Positions 22,671-33,651 of a stretch of DNA of 37,178 nt are shown here, piece after piece. The stretch is from Octopus bimaculoides (Eukaryota), in assembly GCF_001194135.2 (NCBI RefSeq), contig NC_068999.1, positions 17,235,152-17,272,329 of the forward strand, given 5' to 3'. The position numbers were made by a program, and so were the translations under genes. Every line of letters starts with the position of its first letter. Position 1 is the stretch's first letter. The notes under the pieces are model-generated. The model worked only from the letters and a program-made list of their open reading frames with translations. It did no database searches and had not been told where the DNA came from.

Positions 22671-24242
22671 CTAGTAATTGTTTATATTATTGTCTACAAC
22701 CTTTATCAAAACAGAGTGAAACTTGAATCATAGAATTCATGCCACTGAAATATTTGATTTCATTCTTTAAGCTATTTTTGCTTCCAATAACTCAAATTGC
22801 ATTTGACCCCCAAATATATTTCATTATCTTTTCCCACGAATAAAACTGAGACCGGTCTTTGACGACGAGCTCTCAACGAGGGAAATATATGAATATAATG
22901 TTCTCGTTATTACTGCAAAGGATCAGAATGTGATTTAATTAGTATGTGCATGACATCGAGAATATATAACTGATTTCTTGCAATTATCTTACTTTTCACT
23001 GAGTTTTATTAACAATAACATCCTTCTTTTTAACATTTGCTTTCTACTGAGATGGAAATTTTAAAAGAATGTCGTTACGGTGCAAAACATTTAGCGGAAC
23101 ATTCTTTATGGTAATTTATGCTATTAGCCTTGTAGTAGTATTTCTGCTACGTTAGTTACAGGACAATTTCTGATGATGGCAGGCTATTGATAACCTGTTT
23201 CAGGTGCAATATGTGCATGCGTTCCTACTAGAAAAAATAGCCCTCCATAACAACAATAACTTTGTCAACATACTATTTCAAATTAAGAATCTTGCAAACC
23301 ATACACAAAAAATAGATATACATATGAGTTATAAGAGCCGTTAGAAACGATAGCGAAATTTGTAACTCGACCTTCAGAGACGTTTGTAATTATCTCTGCG
23401 TTACTAAACCAAGTTCAATATCTTTTGTATGATATATTAATGCTCGTATTTGCAAGTTAATTATGTAGCGTTCCTCACTGGCTATTTTGTGATTAACTGA
23501 TTTTATCATATTACAAATTAAGTGCAATAAAAATTTAACTGTTTTGAAGAAAATTATATTAAAACATGAAAGATGAAATTTCATTAATTTAAAACAGTAA
23601 TTCCTTAAAGAACTAACAAACAAAAAATATTTAGCAAAACAGAGGCAATTTCTCGTCAGAAATCATAATTGCAATTTTTCAATATCGATGATTTACCATC
23701 AAGAAAACATATTATAGCAAACATAAATACATAACATACATATATAACTGCTTCAATCTCGAATTGTTTTATATGACTCTCTAGATTTGTTGTAAGATAT
23801 TCCATTTCTTTGGGAGTATTTTATTGTGATTTAAAGCATATTTTCAATTTCTTTTTTTTTTTGCAGGTTAATCTACGTTTCAATTCACTTTAGCAATAGA
23901 ATTTAATTTTCATATGCATGCAAATATAGTTTCCAAAATATGTTATGTTTTATGATTCACATGGAGAGAAAAAAAAGGGTTGTATATCTCTTAATATGTA
24001 AAGATTACATGTATTGTTTTAGATACCCATTTAGCATGAGAAGAGTAATAATGAGAAAAGTATTAATAACAACATTATTAAAATCATGACGAATGATGTT
24101 TCTACAATATTTTTTATGCATATCTGAAATGATGATTGCTATATCAAATAAGAAACAAAATGTATTTGTGTATAAAGGAATGACCATATGTTTGATGTTG
24201 CTTATCTTGGCATGTCATTGATGAACAATGTAAACACGATGT

Positions 24243-24248
24243 TATATA

Positions 24249-24291
<43 letters not shown>

Positions 24292-24492
24292 GTACACATA
24301 TGTATTTATATCTATATATCTATATGCATATATGTATATATATATATATATGTATATGTGTATATATAGGTATGTATATGTATATATATACATATCTCTC
24401 TCTATATATATATGTAAATATATTATATACATACATATATACATATTTATATAATTATATATGTATATATATTTGCATATATGTATATATGT
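24243..24492. repeat. Compound (TA)/(TATG) microsatellite
   Basis: Read directly. Confidence 0.95.
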
Positions 24493-24740
24493 AAACACTT
24501 GTGAGAGACGATTCAACATGCTCCTGTGTGCGTAAAGTAAGACTTACTTACCAAAGATCCGCCCTCATCACTCAAAATTGTAAATCCCAAACGTTACGTA
24601 ATCCGATATTGGAATTAAATATCCAGTGAACAGGTTTTAAAATGATATTAACTTACCTGAAAATAGAAATAAATTGAAATTACATATATGTAAGTGCACA
24701 TCACATGAAAGCAAGTATAACAACATAATAAATTATAAAG

Positions 24741-24809
<69 letters not shown>

Positions 24810-25263
24810 ACAGATACACATACATAACGTATGTACACGAAAATATATATTTATACACACACATATATACACACGCACACACACATATATGAGTAAATAT
24901 GAAACAATGGAAATCGGTGCTGTACACTGCATTGGTGAATAAAGTTTCATTGTTTATGCGTTAAGGCTACCATTGGATTCATGTTAATTACGTCCGCCAG
25001 TTAACAAACATATCACATTTAACATGGGTGTCCGTTCCTAGTTAGGATTTATACATACATACATACATGCATGCATGCATACATAAATACATACTTGCAG
25101 TCAAAATTGTAGCATTCTTCTTCCAATATTTGTCACGCGAAATTATTACGCTACCGATAAGATGACAAAAGTGTTTTATAGTATTTTGTGCGACATGAAT
25201 CCAATAGCGTATAAATGCCTCAATGTGAGAGTGCTATCGTCTAAGAATCGGTTGGCTGTCTCG

Positions 25264-25326
<63 letters not shown>

Positions 25327-25584
25327 GTCACAAATGAATGAGAGTTGTCTAAAAATTTTCCACTCAGCATTCTTCAGGGGACATTATTAAAAGACGCACA
25401 CCTCTGCAAACACACTCGTACAAGCACACATGTATATATATTCATAAGGTATGTGTGTTTATTTTATCTCTTTCTTCATATTCAAAGCAAAGTAAGACAT
25501 GCGAACTGTGGTTACGTGCATTAATTTTGCGTTGAAACATATAGCTGGAAGTAATGTTTTAGCCTAAGCAAAAAAAAAAAAAGA

Positions 25585-25835
25585 ACACACGCACGTACTC
25601 ACACACATACATACTAACACGTACACATTCACACACTCTCTCTCACTCGCACACACAGACATACACACCAACAGACACACACTAACACATACATATACAT
25701 ACACACGGTCACACCCACACACAAGCAAACCCACACACTAAAAAACACGCACACATACTAACATACATTCACACTCACATATATATATATACAGACACAA
25801 GCATACATACACACATTCACACAAATACACACAAA
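25585..25835. repeat. Degenerate CA-rich low-complexity tract
   Basis: Read directly; recurring CATACTAAC and ACATTCACAC submotifs. Confidence 0.85.
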
Positions 25836-26242
25836 TATGAATACACGACTGCGTGCGTTATATAATGTGTTGCTGTCACGTTTGTGTTAGAGTAGGAAAG
25901 AGTGAATATCATGAATCACCTTCTGTGACAATTTCACTTACTGTACTGTTGTATATAAATTGCCTATATCAATATTTTGTATGTGACGCATCGTACGATT
26001 TCTTTCCAGAAGCACGACTAAAGATTCACATTGTTTACAAACGCATGGTGTTTTAATTATTAGCCTAATATTTCTTCCGCTCAATCGATCACGTTTAGAT
26101 CGGTAGTAAGAAAGTTGGCCAAAATGTATATTCATGCGAATACAGAAATCTATATTTTCCTTCTTTGATGTTTATTGCAATTTATTTCATAAAACAGAAG
26201 TAAATCTTACGTTTTACAATCGTGCAGTCAATGGATGTATAC

Positions 26243-26291
26243 CTCTCATTATCAAATTTGATTAATATTAATTCGTCTTTGTCTAGACACA
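26243..26291 (-). CDS. Candidate exon (49 nt, phase 1-2): xCLDKDELILIKFDNE
   Basis: Acceptor tatatcattttaaaatatttatAG, donor GAG|GTATAC; single open frame compatible with both neighbours. Confidence 0.35.
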
Positions 26292-26750
26292 CTATAAATA
26301 TTTTAAAATGATATATTTTGAAAACGTTAGATACTTATTGAGAATAGTTGATGGAAATAATTGCTAGTATAGAACTTGTCAGTATGTGCAAGCTAGAGTT
26401 CTTAGATTAATACGAACGTTATTCATATTAGTTTCAGAAGTTAGTTCATCGCCTAGAAGACTTATACAAGGCTTCCGTGACTATCAAACAAAAGGCTGAG
26501 ATAACTTCTACGATTCACGAAATACCTGCATAATAGAATGCTGGTCCTCAGGCACTCAGTATGTACTCACATGAAGCACACAGCAGTAAGGTGTTGGTAT
26601 CAGCCCGGAAATATACTTTAATTTTGCAGATGAAGGTTACAAGAATTTGAATTCTACTGTCAATTTGAAAGTATTCTCCGGCTTAGATGTTGCTTAGTGA
26701 ATTAACATCACAAATATCTTTGCTCGACCCGAAGGTGTAGTCAACCATAC

Positions 26751-26830
26751 TAAACAAGCATGCCACATAATGGTTTCTAGCCCCAGAACATGTTATTAAG
26801 TCACGTATCTCTAAATCACACGCTTCGTGC
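26751..26830 (-). CDS. Candidate exon (80 nt, phase 2-1): xHEACDLEIRDLITCSGARNHYVACLF
   Basis: Strong acceptor tattacgttgttttgtctcacAG, donor TTA|GTATGG; single open frame. Confidence 0.35.
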
Positions 26831-27229
26831 CTGTGAGACAAAACAACGTAATAACGAGGCTTAGCTTTCATGTACAAGGTATGCCTTCATTAAAAAGTGA
26901 TCATTTAAGGTAATGGTATTTAATTAAAGCTGAATGTCTTTAAATGAAATAATACATTTTCATGAAAATAAAAAAGAAACATTATTTCATGGAAGTCATT
27001 TAGATGCAAAATTGACGAAAGAAATATGATGCAATATATATTGATGTTGATTAAAAATGACGTGACTGCAATATATGCTTCTCCGTTCAATCAAAACAGA
27101 AATGGCTGTATTAAAATTATAATTCAACGCTATACAACAGTGCCGCAAACATAATGCACACACGCGCACACACACACACTTGTATATGTATGTAAATGTA
27201 TATTCTCTTTTGATTTTACTAGTTTAAAC

Positions 27230-28470
27230 TCTTCTTCAGAGGGAGGAGCTGGTTTCTAAGACCCAAAGTTTCATTTTTGGAATGCAGACAAAATAAAATA
27301 TAAAATCCACCCAGCAAAATATACGACAAAGACATATCTTAAATTTAAGAAAAGTTTTGGATCTTTTACTGTCCCACTCATAGATAGTATTTGTAATGTG
27401 CTAGGTTAGCTGGTAGATTTCTTCTGAAAGACTCAGCTTACCAAGTGTGTCATTTAGTTACATAATGAAGTGCATTAATTATTACTGGTATAAATATAAA
27501 TTTATAATCTGGATATAGGAGACGATTGCTTCGGAACAATTGTTCATAGACATCCTCATTTTTCTTCTATCTTCAAACAAGTATTTGACGTCAGCTGGGC
27601 AGCTGACTTCTGCTACCACACATATGTTTTTATGTATGTTCCACACAGCAATATCTGTCCTGTTATGTCTACACTTGACCGAAGTTTTGACAGGATTATT
27701 CTACGAATATTCTTCGTGTTGATATTATTGAATGTATTCAATCAAACGGTTTCTCTACATTTATGCAAGCAAAGCCTCTTTTCCTAATGGCATTATATAC
27801 TTTAGCGACAACAGCGTATTGCATAGGGAGCTATTAATTTTAGGCAGCAGTTGTTAATCACATGTGATGTCGTATGTATATATTATCTCTTAGTGGTTCC
27901 AGAAATAGACCTTCAATGTAAGCGCCTAACCACTTTAACACTCACCAGCGACAAACGCTGTGCACTTAATAGCTGCATCTCTGAAGAGCGGCAGAAACGT
28001 TAGCACGCAAGGCTAAATGCTTAACGGTATTTCGTCTGTCTTTACGTTCTGAGTTCAAATTCCGCCGAGGTCGAATTTGCCTTTCATCCTTTCGGGGTCG
28101 ATAAACTAAGTACCAGTTGCGTACAGGGGTCGATCTCTAATCGACTGCCCCCACTCCCTCAAAATTTCAGCCGTTGTGCCTTGAGTAGGAAAGAATATTC
28201 TGACTTCTGGCGGGCGATGAACATTGATAATTTGTATTATTTTGCAACGATTATGCAGCACGTAAGACTGAATCATTTCGGATACGTGGAGAGAGTCACA
28301 TGTAAGCGAGCACACAAAATTGTTGGTGTATTCTCTTCCCTTAAAAAAAGAAAAAAAAACCCACTAAATTAATCTATAAGCAGCTGCATCTCATCCTTCT
28401 GTGAAATACGACCAGCCTTATTAATAATAAAAGTGGTTTGTTCCTGGAGGCGAATACATAGCTGAGATTT
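27230..28470 (-). mobile_element. Degenerate 5'-truncated R4/Dong-type LINE (restriction-like endonuclease region), interrupted by a SINE insertion
   Basis: 27700-27581 translates to NNPVKTSVKCRHNRTDIAVWNIHKNICVVAEVSCPADVKY (REL R-P-D..E motif, PD mutated to TD). Frameshifted continuations read LYPDYKFIFIPVII, LQILSMSGTVK and PMQYAVVAKVYNAIRKR, with YVFA-xQEQ near 28440-28461. Confidence 0.8.
27985..28200 (+). mobile_element. SINE family A monomer
   Basis: Close match to the 4131 unit; B-box-like GAGTTCAAATTCC at 28051-28063; tail GAAAGAATATT. Confidence 0.93.
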
Positions 28471-28770
28471 ATATAGAATTAAACTTTTCCCATATTTCTG
28501 ATTTCTGATGATGGTTAATATAATTTTGTATTCATATTATATTCTCATATATTAATGGGAATCCTTTTCTGTATAGATCAAGTGACGCGAACAGTATTGC
28601 TTGATAATACATAATGTACAATATTGGACTTTAACTTAGGCTATTTTTACAAATTGATCTATAGTAGGATGTGGCACACGTTTGTAGATTTGAACTCCTT
28701 TATTAGAAATAGTTAAATAATAATATATCATATTAGTGCTTTTTACACAGACCACTGATTATAACATTGT

Positions 28771-28890
28771 TCTTTTACTGCTTTCAGTAATTGTGCTGCA
28801 GCTATGCATGAGAAACGCCTTTAAGGTATTTAATCGGCTCTATCGATCCTAGGATTTATTTTAGCCTGGTAATTGTTAAATCGATCTATA
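28771..28890 (-). mobile_element. Decayed family B SINE tail
   Basis: TTTTACTGCTTTCAGTAATTG..GCTATGC..CGCCTT..TCGATCCTAGGA resembles the antisense family B 3' end. Confidence 0.55.
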
Positions 28891-28992
28891 CTCATCAAAT
28901 GACTAAATTCATTCTTGATTTAAATAAAACGAAAATCAGTACACTACTTAACATTGTTATACACAAACCCAAAGTGAAGTCTGTGTTCGAAC

Positions 28993-29067
28993 ATGATGAT
29001 GGTGATGATGAAGATGATAAATAATAATAATAATAATAATAATGATGATGATGATGATGATGATGAT
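28993..29067. repeat. (GAT)n-(AAT)n-(GAT)n compound trinucleotide repeat
   Basis: Read directly; abuts the truncated 5' end of the LINE. Confidence 0.97.
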
Positions 29068-30677
29068 CCCGGGGTACCAACTAAAGAAAAAATTCCAAAC
29101 AATTAACTACCTCCTCTTCATGGACGATTTGAAACTGTATGGCATAGATGAGACACAAGTGAATTCCATGACGAACAAGGTCCACTGTTTTTGTAGTGAT
29201 AATAGAATGGAATTTTGCTTCAAGTAGTGTGGAATAATCTGTTTAAAGAGAGGCAAGATACAGTCCCTAGCGGGGAGAGAATTTCCGAAGAGAGAATTGA
29301 TTAAACAAATTGAAACGGAACGATACAAATTCCTTGGTGTACTGGAGTTCAACGAGATAATGGAAATGGAAATAAAAAAGCAACTGAGGATAGAGTATTT
29401 CCGAAGACTGAGGATGGTGCTGCACTCAAAATTGACTGGATAGAATAACACCCAAGCAGTTAATATGTAGGTGATAGCATCACTTCGGTATTGAGCGGAG
29501 ATTATAAAATGGCAAAAGACATAAGCGAAGAAAATGGATACCAAGACCAGAAAAATGTTCACATTACACGGAGCCTGCCACCCTAAGAGTGAAACCGATA
29601 GGCTATGTTTGTCCAGAAGAAATAGTGGGACAAACATTTCTTTCAACCAGTTGACAGGACTGCATCGAAGCAGATGAAAACGGCTTAGTGTGGTATATAA
29701 AATGTTCCGTGGAGCCACTGTTGAAACACAAGAAGGCCGCCGTCATCGAAACTGAAAATTCTGTAACTTAAAAGTTTAAACAAGTAATGAAATAACAAAA
29801 AAACCAAAAAAAAAACAAACAAAGAGAAAAGCATAGAAGGTAAAGAAAAAATACCGACAGTTTGCCAGAAATGTGAATCCATAGATTGATACAGAGGATG
29901 GGTGGCTATGGATGGGGAGGAGTGACCTGAAGATAGAGACAGAGGCCCTCATATGCGCAGCTCAGGAACAAGCAGTGTAGTTCAATTATATGAAAAGCAG
30001 ATTAGACAACACTACCGATAGCGACAAATGCAGCATGTGTGGTGAGAGGGTAAAACGGTATGGCATATCGTTAGAGAATGCCCGAAATTGGCACAACGCG
30101 AATACAAAAAAAGCTATGACAATGAGGCAAGAATGATCCATTGGGATCTCTGTGGAAATATCAGATTATAAAGGGCAAAGATGTGGTATGAGGAAACTCC
30201 AGAGGTCACCGAAAATGAGAATTGTTAAATCTTGTGGGATGCAATGATCCAGTGTGATTACCCGACCAGACATGAGAACCTGGACATTGTTGTACTGAAC
30301 AAAAAAGAAATAAAATTAATGATATCCAACATAGCATGCCACAGTGACAGCTAGAAGAAGAAAAAAATAACCAACTATGGTGATTAGAAGTGGGAGATAC
30401 GAATATTGTGTTCAATGAAGGGACGAGACGTGATACCAATAGTAATTCGTGCACTTGGTAGTATCAGCAATCGACTACCAGCATGGCTGAAAAAGATTGG
30501 TGCAAGTGTAAAGGTAAAACACCTACAAAAATCAGCATTGCTTGGAACTGCAAGAATTCTTCGCAGGGTTCTTGAAGCATGACCAGTAAGTGTCACCTTA
30601 GTCTGCTGGCTGTAAACAGCTGACACTTTTCATCATAACCAGCAAAATAAGCTGTGAGTTTTCATATAAAAATAATA
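29068..30677 (+). mobile_element. 5'-truncated R4/Dong-clade non-LTR retrotransposon (RT C-terminus, CCHC, REL); multiple stops and frameshifts
   Basis: LLFMDDLKLY at 29111-29140; YKFLGVLE; MDTKTRKMFTLHGACHPKSETDRL; ETEALICAAQEQA; CCHC knuckle CSMCGE..WHIVREC at 30029-30081; ILWD..ENLDIVV; terminal KSALLGTARILRRVLEA* at 30529-30582; short 3' UTR and ATAAAAATAATA tail. Confidence 0.93.
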
Positions 30678-31137
30678 GTTTCTGCTCAATACTGCAGATT
30701 TGCTTGTCAGTTGTTTGAACTTAACCTGTTGAGCATGTCCCTTAGTGGCCGACGATACGTGCGTCTCTGACCACGAGCAGAAGGAGTGGCGGAGCATCAT
30801 AGCCAGGTGTTGAAAGGAAGACTTTGAGGTTTGGATATTTCACCTTTGGAAGCATGGGTATTTCGTTCAAAATCCTTAAACAACCCTTCTTCAGGGACCT
30901 TTTAAGTGGGATGAGCTACTCGACCTGAAGAAATTTCTAATTTGGCCCCCAACTGTAAGGTCATGCACTGTTTTTCTTGATATGAGATCACCATGTTGCG
31001 GCACACTTATGGTTGTGATGCATATGGATGGTGTACCCTTATCTGATGGGTAGTGATGATGGGTATACTGGGCTTCGTATATTTTATCCCAGTGTGACTA
31101 TGGTGGCATGCAGTGCTTTTTCACTCCATAATAATAA
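30678..31137 (+). mobile_element. Non-coding interspersed repeat ending in a (TAA)n tail, stacked directly on the LINE tail
   Basis: Abrupt GC rise after the LINE tail; ends CATAATAATAA. Recognised as resembling a common Octopus repeat, but there is no second copy in the window. Confidence 0.55.
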
Positions 31138-31805
31138 AAGAACAGGACACGAGAGAAGAAAAGAAGAGAGAGAGAGAGAGCAGAAAAAGAAGAGAAATAA
31201 TATTAATAATAATATATGCATGTCATGTTGACGTATGTACGTATGTATGTATGTAGCTATCTATCTNNNNNNNNNNAGAGAGATAGAGATAGACAACGAG
31301 AGAGAGATAGAGTGAAAGAGAGAGGTATATATATATTACCGTATATGTAATCATTATGTGCCTTCTGTACAATGAGAGCTGAAATACTGATTTGCATATT
31401 CTTAACGTTCTGTTAGATGGAAACGCAACTTATGTAAGTCGCTGTTATCTACGTACTTGGAGACACGCTCTCCCTTTTACGACGACAGACCACTACTAAC
31501 CCAAGTCATTCTGTGACATTGGTGTTCTGACGTGTTGTGTCTCGTAAGCCATAAGTACCCGGAGATCTTCCAGCCCAAAAAAGCAACTGGATTTCCGTAT
31601 AATTTCACCGAACGCAACTATGTAGTGATTAGTGCTTACATTTGCCCAAAAATCAAAGATTTATTACTTGCACCGTGTACAGCGAGATCTGAAGCGATGT
31701 AATGCTTTCGAGAGATTCAAACGCAGACTGTACTATTCGCTGGAATATGCATATATACAGACACAGATAGAAAGGCCGAATATCAGCGTAGTTATGGTTT
31801 TCAGA

Positions 31806-31829
31806 CCCTAACCCTAACCCTAACCCTGA
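31806..31829. repeat. Short interstitial telomere-type array (CCCTAA)3CCCTGA
   Basis: Read directly; TTAGGG is the widespread metazoan telomere repeat. Confidence 0.9.
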
Positions 31830-32537
31830 CTCACTTAAGACTTAGAGGCATGAGAGCTGAATGTATGTCACATCGTTGAAATTACAGCGTTATGTTTGAC
31901 TCACATATCGCAATATCATTTAGAATAATTAGCAACTTTGTAAATATTGAAATTCGGTGCGCGTCTGATATATATATATATATATATATATANNNNNNNN
32001 NNNNNNNNNNNNNNNNNNNNNNNNNNNNNNNNNNNNNNNNNNNNNNNNNNNNNNNNNNNNNNNNNNNNNNNNNNNNNNNNNNNNNNNNNNNNATATATAT
32101 ATATGTGTGTGTATGTATCTTATTTTACTTTATAAGCATAATGTAAAAGGCAGGGAATAAACCTTAGCGTTTATGCGTAAGGTTTACTCTGTGATTCTTC
32201 TGAAATGAGTTGTCAATCAAGAGTGAAATTAATGACAAGCAATCATTTACTTAATGATGTCATCGTTGTTGTCAATAGCACTAACCTGAACGCCTTCAAT
32301 ATATGAAATTGTAAGCAACGGTGCTATATGCTGTGTCAGTGATTATCAGCTTATCGCATGAAGTCAGTTTGAACACATTTGCATCTTATTGGATTAGCAT
32401 ACTGACAAACAGGAAATGAAGTGTTGTAATACGACAAAGATAAGAACGAAACTTAGGAAAAAAACGATAATGGAAAATAGATTAATGACAGATAAAACCA
32501 GAATGAAAGCAAAAGTAAGGATGATGTTCCGATGGAA

Positions 32538-32577
<40 letters not shown>

Positions 32578-33194
32578 GAGTTTATATGATGCACGTGGGG
32601 AGTAAGTGAGAAATCGAAAGAGAATTGAACGGATGATGGAAAACTGTATACCAGCAAAGCTGCTTTCTTGAATATGGTGTTAATCAAAACAATTCTATTA
32701 CTCCTTTATAATCATCATCACCGATTCTCACTGATAATATAGAAATGTATTCTCTTTTGTGAGCAAATGTTTTATAAGCCAGTGCATAATCAGCAAATGG
32801 TTCTTTTATGTTCTCAGGATTTTCGACAGCATTGTTCAACCAAATACTTACATCCACTTATCTACTCATCATATTTACACCGATCTCGGTATGCATTTTT
32901 AGTCTTCAGCCACTTACATACACACACATATACACATATGGTCTTCACCCACTTACATACACTCACATATATACACACACACTGGCGTGTACATGCCTAC
33001 ATGTATTGATGTTTGTATACGTAAGTATGTGTGTATAAACAGATAGACACAGATATATTAGCAGAGGTAATTGCAAATCAATCAAAGGATTAAGATGATC
33101 TTTATTGTACAGACACTAATACGCACGTACACTTACAGAACCACACAGACACACACATGCACATATGCACACAGACACCGACACATGTACCTGA

Positions 33195-33412
33195 GGAGGT
33201 GCATAGCTTAGACGACAGGATGTTGGTCTCAGATTTATAAGTTTGTTTCAATTCATGGAACGGGCGATGCATCGTGTTCTCCATTGTACGCCTCTCCATT
33301 CCCCTCAGATGAGTAATCATGTGACAGACCAGCGTTCCGTCACGGGAGGAATACATACGCCAGAGCAACCGGGAAACTGCCCTAATTTCTTTACAGCGTA
33401 GCCCGGACCAAG
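33195..33412 (+). mobile_element. Degenerate tRNA-derived SINE
   Basis: Head GGAGGTGCATAGCTTAG..TTTCAATTCATGG, similar to the 3538 and 18718 heads; GC-rich body ending ..ACCGGGAAAC; flanked by CA/TA repeats. Confidence 0.65.
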
Positions 33413-33616
33413 CATACTCATATGTATGTTTGTATGTATGTATGTATGTGTGCGTGTATTTGTGCATATATGTATGTATGTATATCTCTATCTGACTCTC
33501 TCAATATATATCTATCTATCCAACCATCTATCTCTCTCCTTTATACGCACATGCATACATACTCACACACACGCATATATATGTAGAACCACACTCACAT
33601 GCACACACATACAAAC

Positions 33617-33651
<35 letters not shown>

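Noticed and set aside
27442-27484. Minus-strand exon with donor TTG|GTAAGC
   Set aside because: Stops in all frames and lies inside the REL-LINE remnant.
29107-30626. Minus-strand ORFs including a 203-aa ORF
   Set aside because: Antisense shadow of the R4/Dong RT-REL frame.
31417-31433. 17-nt plus-strand microexon (ttAG..T|GTAAGT)
   Set aside because: Not frame-preserving, has no partner exons, and the donor is part of an internal repeat.
33102-33467. 121-aa minus-strand ORF
   Set aside because: Antisense to a degenerate SINE and flanked by microsatellite codons.
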